Shown here one piece after another: positions 27,853-36,079 of a stretch of 64,000 nt of DNA. The stretch is from positions 32,001 to 96,000 of the IMG/VR virus record IMGVR_UViG_3300027917_000018. One strand, 5' to 3'. This DNA is from a virus. Its lineage: Duplodnaviria; Caudoviricetes. The notes under the pieces were generated by a model. It ran no database searches and was not told the origin of the DNA. It saw nothing but the letters and a program-made list of their open reading frames with translations. The translations under genes and the position numbers were made by a program. Position 1 is the stretch's first letter. The number at the start of each line of letters is the position of its first letter.

Positions 27853-30800
27853 GTGGTAACGCTCACGCTTAACGGCGCTCCAGCACCAACAAGCTACGCT
27901 CTAGGGTCCGTTTACACGCTTCTGGCGCTGGTTGACGCGCAGGAGCCGCTTTCGGTTGAATGGTCGGTTGCCCGCCAGGGCGAGCCGCCCATCGCCGGTA
28001 CCGGTCCCATTCGTTTTGAGCCGGTCGCCGCCGAGACTCACTATCTTCACGTCGCTGCCGTTGGCCAGGACGGTGTCCTCCAGCAAACCGTTTTCCAGCT
28101 TCAGGTCGTCGCTGCCGGGGCTTCTGCCATGTCGCCCACGATCCAGTGGTCGACGACCAGCCCCGCCATCCGCCAGACAGTTGTGGCAACCATTTCGGCG
28201 GCCAATCCCAGCACTGGGTCACGGCGTCCGCCGCGCAACATCGCCTGGACAGTCTACCTGAATGGCACACCCATCCTGGGCGGTGAGGGAGCCCAAACCG
28301 GCTTTCCGATCCTCTATCCTGGCGTTTACCGGCTCGTGGCAACGCTTGTGGACGAGGGAGGCAATTCGGCCACGGCGGACAGCTCGATCGTGGTTCCGGG
28401 TGGTTTTGAGCTTCAGACCGCCGTTGTGCCAAAACAGCCCACTGGGACTCTGTACTACTTGGGCAGCGTTTATTCTGCCACGGTCGAGGGCTACGCACAG
28501 CTGGCCACCGAGCTGCCTTACCTTGTCATTAGCGCCAACAGCGCGGTCCACCTGCTGCCGGGCACGACGCATGTCATCGCCGAAGTTGAGGAAGGCGGCG
28601 TTGTTCAAGATGAAGTCGTGCTCAGGTCCAGGCTGGGAAACTGGTCCCTGGTTGGCGGCCCAGGCGGCTTGACCACTGAGTCCCTGTTTTACGATTACGT
28701 CCCGGCAGTGCCGCTGCCCGCCCCGCACGACCGCCTGTTCCGCTACACGCTCGACCAATGGAAAGTGGGCGGCACTTCCGTTTCCGACTATCGGTTTCGG
28801 GTCCGGTTCAAGTGCTACCGCGAGGGCCAGAAGCTTTACGAGTACAGCGCCTGCCCGTACGCCAACTACCCAGGCGGTGAGGCGCTTCGCGAAAAGCGGA
28901 TGGTGGCGTTGATCACGAACGTCGATTTCAGGCTGGATGCCGAAAGCCCGGACAACCGCCTCGGTTCGACGGACACGATCACGTACACGACACCCAATCA
29001 GATCACGCTGGAAGGCAACTTTACGCCGGACGGTGCGCCCTACGGTGTCGCCTACCGCGAGGAAGACCACGGGTTCACGGCGCAGAACATCATCGCCAAC
29101 TACGAGGCCGCCGGGCACCCGGACATCAAAACCCACGCTGTTTACGGAATACCGGGCGTCCGGCCCGCCCTGCTGGACTTCACACAGCCTGGCCTGCCAA
29201 GGATCATTCAGTACGCCAAGCGCTTGCACGGTAAGCTGGTGGTCTACATGGCGGGCGGAGGCGTGTCCTACGACACGGTCATTTGGGCTCGAATTTATAC
29301 CGGCAAGTCGCCGGGTTACCAGGTGGTCCGTCTGCGCTGCGCCGACGTGCTCTACAATGGCTCCTTGGAGCGCTACGTGAAAGTTGCCGAAGCGGACATT
29401 GACCTCAGCGACTTCGAGTTCGGCAAAGTCGGCTTGGCCATTGATTTGACGCTGGATGAGGCCGAGGCGCACACGACGCCCTACTATCGCACCGAGGATA
29501 CCGACGATGCTTGGGAGACGGAGGAGGGCGGCTTTTTCTGGCAAGTGGAAGAGTCGGGCACCGACGTAAATTACCAGCCGCCTGAAATTGCGCCGGAAAG
29601 GGTCTACGCGACCTCGGGCAGCCAGGCCGTTCACTACGAGGGAGCCTGCTACTATAGGCCGGTTCCCGTGGCGGTCTTCGACGGCACCCACGCCGTCGCG
29701 GGCACAGTCATCGAGAGCTGTGCCGATCCCGTTTGCGGCGACCGTGGCGTTTACTGCTACACCGACGGAACGAATTTTGCCCAAGTCATTCAGCCGCTGG
29801 ATCACCCCGCGCCCTACTTGGCGTTTGCCAGCGACCAGGCTCATTGTTGGTACGACCCGTACTTCGTTGCCATTGCCGGGGACGGGACCGTGGCGATCAA
29901 CGAGCCCTACCTGCCGTATTCGGGGACAAGCGGCTGCGGCATAGGTTACGCTTACGCCAGCTGCGGATCACTCGCCGCCATCGCCGTCATTTACCCGGCG
30001 GCGGCCTCACCACACAGCTTTGTGGCCTACGGCAGCAACTGCTACGCGCTGAGTGGCAGCGTCGCGGACCTGCGCCCTTACGAGACTGTGGCTTTGGTGG
30101 CGGACGTGACTGCCGTAGCGAGCTGCGATGACGTAGCCTGTACGGGCAGCGATGCCTCGGGTGACTCGGCCTGGTACCTCGACCAGCACGGCCAGCGGGT
30201 CCAGGTCTACTTCCCGCATTTGAATCAGGGAATTCCCAGCTACGGGGCGGCACAGGAGAGGATGAGCCCCGGCTATGGGAGGACGCCGCCGGGCCGCCTC
30301 TACTACAATTCCTGGGCGCAGCCGATCTGGCCCATAATGACGGCGCAGGAGGCCGCCACGGTGGACTTCGTAATGACCCCGCTGGGCTGGACCCGGAAGC
30401 TTTACGTGCGCCGTGGCACTACCGTTACCGAGTACTCTTATGGCCTTGGCACGGTGCGCAAACGCATCGATTTGCAAGCCGGGGACCACGTCTTTCTTCA
30501 GTTCGGCTCCAGGTCGACCAATCTGGAAGGCTACGTGGACTACGCCAAGCGCGTAACGCTGCCCGCGTATTACGACAGCGCAGTCTTGGACACCGGTACG
30601 GCCTCCTCAATCAGGGCTCTTGGCTTCTGCGGCTTCTCCCAGGTCGAGGATTACGTTTTCTTCGGCACGCTGCCGGTAGAAACCGCCATGTCCCTGCCCA
30701 ATCCCGACAGTATCGTCACTGTCACTGGAAGCGGAGCGGAGGAGCAGCTTCTCGTCAGAACTTTTGCCTACGGCGATCGGTACTACCCGCTGTCCTGGCC

Positions 30801-31269
30801 AGCTTACGGCGGCGAGGTCCTCAACATGCCCGTGACCTTCAAATTTTACGCCGGGCGGAACATCGCGGGGCGGCATGGTGAAATGGATGTCTGGCTCGAC
30901 CTGGATCAGAGCCTTCCCGGATTCCTCAAAGTCTCGCGCTATCACGTTTTGACCGCCGATGCGGGCCAATATCGCGTCACGGCGCAAATAGGCGACATCA
31001 ACCGGCGCGGTTTGCGAGTTTCCTCCAGCACCGAGGCGAATGAGCTGCTCTTGCCGCGTGTCTACGCAACGACAGAAGGGCAAACGATCGTGGTCGTTGG
31101 CGGTGGCACCGAGATTTACCACGATGGAAATGTTTACGCCGTAGTTGGAACTGACACAGGCATCTCGACCCAAGTCTACACAGCTCAGAGCGTATTTAGT
31201 GGTGGTGCCTGGACCACTGCGGATGGTTCGGCGTGGCTGACATCAGGAACGTTGCCTTGGCTCTCATGA
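27853..31269 (+). CDS. Large virion structural protein with N-terminal PKD/Ig-like domains
   Basis: 1138 aa, Y/G/T/A-rich beta composition, PGVYRLVATLVDEGG PKD-like motif, Cys-rich middle; TAGTTA 4 nt upstream. Confidence 0.6.
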   Translation: MVTLTLNGAPAPTSYALGSVYTLLALVDAQEPLSVEWSVARQGEPPIAGTGPIRFEPVAAETHYLHVAAVGQDGVLQQTVFQLQVVAAGASAMSPTIQWSTTSPAIRQTVVATISAANPSTGSRRPPRNIAWTVYLNGTPILGGEGAQTGFPILYPGVYRLVATLVDEGGNSATADSSIVVPGGFELQTAVVPKQPTGTLYYLGSVYSATVEGYAQLATELPYLVISANSAVHLLPGTTHVIAEVEEGGVVQDEVVLRSRLGNWSLVGGPGGLTTESLFYDYVPAVPLPAPHDRLFRYTLDQWKVGGTSVSDYRFRVRFKCYREGQKLYEYSACPYANYPGGEALREKRMVALITNVDFRLDAESPDNRLGSTDTITYTTPNQITLEGNFTPDGAPYGVAYREEDHGFTAQNIIANYEAAGHPDIKTHAVYGIPGVRPALLDFTQPGLPRIIQYAKRLHGKLVVYMAGGGVSYDTVIWARIYTGKSPGYQVVRLRCADVLYNGSLERYVKVAEADIDLSDFEFGKVGLAIDLTLDEAEAHTTPYYRTEDTDDAWETEEGGFFWQVEESGTDVNYQPPEIAPERVYATSGSQAVHYEGACYYRPVPVAVFDGTHAVAGTVIESCADPVCGDRGVYCYTDGTNFAQVIQPLDHPAPYLAFASDQAHCWYDPYFVAIAGDGTVAINEPYLPYSGTSGCGIGYAYASCGSLAAIAVIYPAAASPHSFVAYGSNCYALSGSVADLRPYETVALVADVTAVASCDDVACTGSDASGDSAWYLDQHGQRVQVYFPHLNQGIPSYGAAQERMSPGYGRTPPGRLYYNSWAQPIWPIMTAQEAATVDFVMTPLGWTRKLYVRRGTTVTEYSYGLGTVRKRIDLQAGDHVFLQFGSRSTNLEGYVDYAKRVTLPAYYDSAVLDTGTASSIRALGFCGFSQVEDYVFFGTLPVETAMSLPNPDSIVTVTGSGAEEQLLVRTFAYGDRYYPLSWPAYGGEVLNMPVTFKFYAGRNIAGRHGEMDVWLDLDQSLPGFLKVSRYHVLTADAGQYRVTAQIGDINRRGLRVSSSTEANELLLPRVYATTEGQTIVVVGGGTEIYHDGNVYAVVGTDTGISTQVYTAQSVFSGGAWTTADGSAWLTSGTLPWLS

Positions 31270-31424
31270 AACGACGAAGCTTCTTCCAACTTCTGGCGGC
31301 AGGCTTTGCGCTCCTCGTAAAAGGGTGCGTGATGCCGCCAATTCAGCCCTATAAAAACGCCTGGCTGACCGAGAACGGCGAGCCCTGGCTCACCGAGGAT
31401 GGTAAACCCTGGCTGATTGAATAG
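31266..31424 (+). CDS. 52-aa protein with twin-arginine/lipobox-like N-terminus and WLTExG repeats
   Basis: MKRRSFFQLLAAGFALLVKGC...WLTENGEPWLTEDGKPWLIE; ATGA overlap with the upstream stop. Confidence 0.55.
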   Translation: MKRRSFFQLLAAGFALLVKGCVMPPIQPYKNAWLTENGEPWLTEDGKPWLIE

Positions 31425-31432
31425 GAAACGCT

Positions 31433-32353
31433 ATGCCAAAAGTCTCTCAATTTGACGTGGTGACCTCTGTGTCACCGATCGACGATTATGTGCCAATCAT
31501 CGAGCTAACCGGCACTGCCCCGGACACCTACCGCCAGCGCAAGGTTCTCAAGGGCAATTTGTACGGATCGGCAGTCACGTACACCAGCACGGGCAATTAC
31601 TACCCGGACGACGGTGTGGGATTCATCAACATCAATCAAGCCACCGGCTCGGACCAGATCGACGTTCACCTTCCTCTAATTCCGCCGGGTAACACGATCG
31701 CGATTTACGTTCAAAACATCACGTTGATCGGCATTGGCTACGTGCGGATTCATGCGCCAAGTGGAAAGAAGATCGACAAGGCGGGCACGACTGCGGTGGG
31801 GCGCGACAGTGTTTTGCTACCCAAGGCTTTGGGCGCTGCCTATGGGCCGGTTGTGCTGATGGCGACTCCCAACCAGGACTACGCCTATGCCTCGGCCAAT
31901 GTCGGCAGTGCCGGGATGAACTTCCTGTTTTTTCATAGTAGTAGCGTCAGTTTGCCGAACGGAACGGGTTGGCAGCCCTGGCCCAATTTGGCGGCGGCAA
32001 CCATTATTTGGGATGACGCCTCGATGTGGAACGCGTCAGCGACGCCAACGCCAGGCTTCAATGTGCTCGGCGTTGACGCCTACATGCTTAACTGGAGCCT
32101 CGGCCAGAATTCTCCTTTGGTCATTCCGGCGGGCGTCTCGCTGGAAATTGGTTTGGGGTTCTGGTCGGTGAGCAGCTACCAGGGAACGGCTTATCAGCAA
32201 ATCGTGGGCGACGGCGTGACCGAGAACAAATTCTACGGTCAGACCAGGTTCACTGGGTTCACATCGGTTGCGATGCACCCTGTTTTCAGGCACAACCACA
32301 CATCTCCCATTGCCGTGGGCCAGCCTTATTGGAGCATCTATCGTTTCACCTAG
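31433..32353 (+). CDS. Tail fibre / fibre-like protein
   Basis: N-terminal KVSQFDVVT...DDYVPII motif common at fibre N-termini; beta-rich C-terminal domain. Confidence 0.5.
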   Translation: MPKVSQFDVVTSVSPIDDYVPIIELTGTAPDTYRQRKVLKGNLYGSAVTYTSTGNYYPDDGVGFININQATGSDQIDVHLPLIPPGNTIAIYVQNITLIGIGYVRIHAPSGKKIDKAGTTAVGRDSVLLPKALGAAYGPVVLMATPNQDYAYASANVGSAGMNFLFFHSSSVSLPNGTGWQPWPNLAAATIIWDDASMWNASATPTPGFNVLGVDAYMLNWSLGQNSPLVIPAGVSLEIGLGFWSVSSYQGTAYQQIVGDGVTENKFYGQTRFTGFTSVAMHPVFRHNHTSPIAVGQPYWSIYRFT

Positions 32354-32904
32354 ACCCAGTCCGGCAGCTGTTCGGGCCGGTAAGGCAATTGCTTCTGCTT
32401 GAGCGCGACGCCCAGGCGATCACCGCGCTCCCTGAGCGAGGCTAGGAAGCCCATAATCGACTTGATGATGTGGGCTTCGGGGTCCTCCAAGCTTTCATCC
32501 AGCGCCACGTAAACGGGCGGCCCACTGGCCTCCTTGCCCACCACGATTTGGATGGCGAACTCGCTTTTGATTTCGTCGGCCAGGCGGTAGATGCAGCCAC
32601 CGTGTTTGGCCTTCCTACCCTGTGCCCCGACGGTCCAGGACGTGACATAGGCGACGTTCTCAGGCCGCTGAACCCGGAAATCGAGCAGAACGCCCGCGTA
32701 GTGCATCGAGACGCTGTGCTCGCACTCGTAATGGGTCTGAAAGCCAAGATCGCGCAGGATGCCCGCCACGCGCTTTATTCCCGCCCTGTAGGCGTCGACG
32801 CGTTCCTCGCGGGACAAGGCTCGGCGCGGCTGCGGCAGCTGATCTGAGCGAACAACAAGGCCGTTGGCGTCCGCGATCCACGTAAGCTGCTTCTGTTCAG
32901 CCAT
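32350..32904 (-). CDS. Hypothetical protein
   Basis: 184 aa; GTTCTA 6 nt upstream. Confidence 0.55.
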   Translation of the reverse strand: MAEQKQLTWIADANGLVVRSDQLPQPRRALSREERVDAYRAGIKRVAGILRDLGFQTHYECEHSVSMHYAGVLLDFRVQRPENVAYVTSWTVGAQGRKAKHGGCIYRLADEIKSEFAIQIVVGKEASGPPVYVALDESLEDPEAHIIKSIMGFLASLRERGDRLGVALKQKQLPYRPEQLPDWV

Positions 32905-32916
32905 ACCCTATAGAAC

Positions 32917-32946
32917 AAAAAGCCGTCTCCCCGGAGGAAGACGGCT
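32917..32946 (-). terminator. Rho-independent terminator
   Basis: AGCCGTCT / AGACGGCT stem followed by TTTTT on the minus strand, just downstream of the 32968 stop. Confidence 0.7.
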
Positions 32947-32967
32947 GTGTGAAGACTGCTAACCAGA

Positions 32968-33480
32968 TTACTGGTAGCGCGGATCGGCGGTCGGGTCGAT
33001 GGCACCACTGCCAGAATTGACCGAACCCCACTTCTTCCGCAGCTCGGGCGGCGCAAACGCGTCGTCCACAGTCCAGCCACGGCGTCCGACGGCGACCAGG
33101 TCGATCTGCGCTCCACGGATGTCACCCTTGTTGTGGATGACCGCCGTGATGTTCGCAGTGGTGGACGTGACGTATTTGCTCACTCCACCCACGGTGACCG
33201 TCGCGGCAACGCCGGAGCCGAAAAAGCCGACCCGCCTTGAGAGCAGGTTGTAGCTGATCGTCCGTTTGCCACGGGCAGCGACCGAGTACTGGGCACCAAC
33301 GTTCGCATAGCCGGACGGCGAGGTCGTTCCGTCGTACCGGCGCAGCTGGAAGGCCAGCGCAATATCACCAGTATTCTCGACAAGGAAGTCGACCGCACCG
33401 AGCCGTTCGTTTGCGGCCTGGGCGTAGCCACGCAAGGTGGTTGCGTCATTGCCGAAACCGATTGAGCTTAGTTGGTTCAT
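32968..33480 (-). CDS. Small beta-sandwich virion-type protein (paralog family 3 of 3)
   Basis: Start likely MNQLSS at 33480; VENTG...FQLRRY...YANVG...KRTI aligns with the ORFs at 7258 and 15566. Confidence 0.6.
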   Translation of the reverse strand: MNQLSSIGFGNDATTLRGYAQAANERLGAVDFLVENTGDIALAFQLRRYDGTTSPSGYANVGAQYSVAARGKRTISYNLLSRRVGFFGSGVAATVTVGGVSKYVTSTTANITAVIHNKGDIRGAQIDLVAVGRRGWTVDDAFAPPELRKKWGSVNSGSGAIDPTADPRYQ

Positions 33481-33620
33481 ACTTTGTTCCTGTTGGTTTC
33501 TGTTGCCCGCCACTCAGCGAGCTGTTGTTCACGCTAAAAACCTGGTAACGGGCCTCGGTGCTTCCTTCGATTGAACTTCAATTGTTAAAGTTGGCGGCCC
33601 GTAACAGCGAGTGCGATCCG

Positions 33621-34658
33621 TTATTCCGCTTCAACCAGCTCCAAGCCAAGTTCCACTAGCTCCTCGGGCTCGATTTCGATGTTGCGGGTTCCAGGCGGCA
33701 CGCGCTCTGTGTAGCGCCGCATCACGTCCTCCCTGGACCAAAGTTTTTGCGCATCGGCGGCCTTGGCGACTTCGGTCGGAAGCTCGAAGCTGTAGACCGG
33801 TTCGGCGCGGCCCATCAGTGGATGAGCGTAGAACGCTTCCGCCTCGTCCGAATTGGCCAACAGGACCTGGAAGCGGTCTTCGCTTTTATCGCTCGCCTCC
33901 TTGCGCCAGGTATCGAAATCGACCACGCGATAGCGCGGGTAGCCAGGCAGCGGGACCCAGGTGATGTCGAAGGTATCCAGGTCAAAGACGGCCACGCGCT
34001 TGTCTTCGTCGCGTTCCCCGAAGTCCTGCTGGAACGGGCTCCCCACGTAGAAGCCTGATTTGCCGACTTTCTGCGGCTTGTGGATGTGTCCCAGGAATGT
34101 GACGCTGAAAGGCTTGAGCGCTGCCGCTGGAATGCCAGTTACGGCCTGGCCGCTGTTGAGCAAGCTGCCGACGACCTGGAAATGGCCGAGCAGCACGGAA
34201 TCGCGTCCGTGTACTTTGTGCCCGGTGTGCTTCAGCCAGTCGGTAAGGACACCGTCCGTCGACGGAAACGCGGCGCAGGCAATATAGAGGTCGTCAAACT
34301 CAATCAGGTCCGTGCGGTCGACGATCCGAAACGTTTTCCTAAACATTCTGCCGACGTGGACGGTGGTGTCGCGCAGGTACTGCTCGTGGTTGCCGATCAG
34401 CTTGATGTTCAGGTCGTGGGTCGGGAACGGCTCCAGGCCCTCCATGACCGCGTCGATCGCGGGGACGGGCAAGGAACTGCGGTCATCGGTCGTGTCCCCG
34501 AGGTCCCACAGGCAGTCGCAGCGGTGTTCCTCAAAGACGGCGTGGAGGTCCCGGTAGAACTTGCGCACGCGCATCAGCTGGAGCGGCACGTTGGCATCGA
34601 GAAAGGACATTTCATGCCCGTCGGTGGCCTGGAGGTCGGTGTAAATCAGGGCTTTCAT
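33621..34658 (-). CDS. SbcD/Mre11/T4 gp47-like nuclease
   Basis: Metallophosphoesterase motifs DLQ, LGD, GNHE, GHF, GHIH, followed by YVGSPFQQDFGE. Confidence 0.9.
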   Translation of the reverse strand: MKALIYTDLQATDGHEMSFLDANVPLQLMRVRKFYRDLHAVFEEHRCDCLWDLGDTTDDRSSLPVPAIDAVMEGLEPFPTHDLNIKLIGNHEQYLRDTTVHVGRMFRKTFRIVDRTDLIEFDDLYIACAAFPSTDGVLTDWLKHTGHKVHGRDSVLLGHFQVVGSLLNSGQAVTGIPAAALKPFSVTFLGHIHKPQKVGKSGFYVGSPFQQDFGERDEDKRVAVFDLDTFDITWVPLPGYPRYRVVDFDTWRKEASDKSEDRFQVLLANSDEAEAFYAHPLMGRAEPVYSFELPTEVAKAADAQKLWSREDVMRRYTERVPPGTRNIEIEPEELVELGLELVEAE

Positions 34659-34739
34659 GAATTTGGTTTACGGCACGGGCCGCCTGGCTTAAAAAGGAGC
34701 GTGCCCGCGCTTCGACATAAGAGAAGAACGGCGGAAGCG

Positions 34740-34850
34740 TTGACGTTGGGCGAATTGATCACGGCGGCTTACTCCCTCTTTCCAGAGCCCATCGCGGCCT
34801 GGCTGTTGCGGGAAATGATGCGCCGTGGCTCCATCAAGCGCCTTGCCTGA
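34740..34850 (+). CDS. Possible 36-aa peptide (TTG start)
   Basis: LTLGELITAAYSLFPEPIAAWLLREMMRRGSIKRLA is amphipathic and protein-like; fills an otherwise empty gap. Confidence 0.3.
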   Translation: MTLGELITAAYSLFPEPIAAWLLREMMRRGSIKRLA

Positions 34851-34939
34851 ATACCGTTGACGTAATTGACGTACCGTTTTTTAAGACGCAAACCCCAGGC
34901 TCCACCGATAGCGTTCTATAAGGTGCGGAGCTAAGGGTG

Positions 34940-35095
34940 ATGCGACTCTACACGCTTCAAGTCAACAACGAGACCGTGATCCAGGTCGACGCGGAGCTTC
35001 CGAGCTGGTTGCCAAGAAGGCCCCGGCTCAACCTTCGGTGGCTTAGGAACCTGCTGGCGTCGTCTCTGCGTGAGCTGCTCTTGGATGCCGCGTAG
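34940..35095 (+). CDS. 51-aa hypothetical protein (not in ORF track)
   Basis: MRLYTLQVNNETVIQVDAELP...LLLDAA; its stop TAG forms part of the next TAGTTA motif. Confidence 0.45.
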   Translation: MRLYTLQVNNETVIQVDAELPSWLPRRPRLNLRWLRNLLASSLRELLLDAA

Positions 35096-35102
35096 TTAAG
35101 GC

Positions 35103-35474
35103 ATGAATCTGAAGCAGCTGGCTCAGCTGTTGATTGAGGGACCGAATGCTGCCGAGCAGGCTCCTGAAATCGACAAGAAGATCGCGGTTTTCCTCAACCG
35201 CGTGCTGCTGCGGCATTGGAATACGCCCAGTTTCCTCTCCTTCCTCAAAGACGTGGCGATGTTCCCGAAGGACGATGAAAGCGGCCAAGTCGTAATCCAA
35301 TTCGTTTACAATCGCCTGCCCGAGGAAGCGATCCCTTCCCTGGCCCGTTTGCTGGCTTCGCCTTCGGACCCCAAGTACTCGCGGTTTGTCGACAACGGCC
35401 AAGCCTATACCGGCGTTGAGCTGTGCGTTAAGCCGGATGACTTCGGCGGCGAGGAATACGACTACGCTTACTGA
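35103..35474 (+). CDS. Hypothetical protein with LAQLLIE N-terminal tag
   Basis: 123 aa; TAGTTA 4 nt upstream. Confidence 0.6.
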   Translation: MNLKQLAQLLIEGPNAAEQAPEIDKKIAVFLNRVLLRHWNTPSFLSFLKDVAMFPKDDESGQVVIQFVYNRLPEEAIPSLARLLASPSDPKYSRFVDNGQAYTGVELCVKPDDFGGEEYDYAY

Positions 35475-35485
35475 CGTAAACGAAA

Positions 35486-35794
35486 ATGAGCGCGGTCGCA
35501 AAGAGGATCATGGGCACGTACATCGCGGACGCGGCCCTTCCTATTTCTTCCACACGGGCTTGGCTCCAGACTCAGATGCGGCAAGGCGTCCTGCGGGGCG
35601 TCATCGAGAGGTTTGTCCGGGAGCAGCCCGAGGACTTGGACGCAGGCTTGGTGCTCGTGGAAAAAGTGGATGAATCCGTGGTAGTTGGGCGGATTCCGTG
35701 CTACGCCTACGATCACGAGAATCCGCACCCGTTTCGCACGGAAGTCCGGTTTAGCCTGGACTTGGCCAGGCGCGCCTTCACCCGGCTGGTGTAG
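35486..35794 (+). CDS. Hypothetical protein
   Basis: 102 aa, co-directional with 35103. Confidence 0.55.
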   Translation: MSAVAKRIMGTYIADAALPISSTRAWLQTQMRQGVLRGVIERFVREQPEDLDAGLVLVEKVDESVVVGRIPCYAYDHENPHPFRTEVRFSLDLARRAFTRLV

Positions 35795-36029
35795 CCACCG
35801 CCGCCTTGGCCACTTCGACTTCGTAGGTGGTCTTTCGGGCTTTCTCAGTTTTCCAGCGGAGTCGCCCCATCGCGTAGTCCATCGCCAATTTGCGGCACAT
35901 GTCGAACGCGCTGCGCACGCCCTGGATGTCCGTTTTGTCCTGGTCGTAGGCTTTCTCGAAGAGGGCGTACTCTTCAGGGGTTAGCCGGAACGCGACCACT
36001 TTGCTCTTGATGACTTTGCCGTTTGCCAT
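35778..36029 (-). CDS. Small ribbon-helix-helix-like DNA-binding protein
   Basis: KVVAFRLTPEEYALFEKA beta-strand-helix pattern; GTTCTA 6 nt upstream. Confidence 0.55.
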   Translation of the reverse strand: MANGKVIKSKVVAFRLTPEEYALFEKAYDQDKTDIQGVRSAFDMCRKLAMDYAMGRLRWKTEKARKTTYEVEVAKAAVATPAG

Positions 36030-36079
36030 GCTTGGTAGAACGGCATTTTCCAGTTCTTATGTCTCGGTAGTTAAAGCAA

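Noticed and set aside
33621-34658. SbcD-like gene as a second stand-alone phosphatase or defence enzyme
   Set aside because: Motifs and the presence of a Rad50/gp46 partner fit the ordinary recombination nuclease
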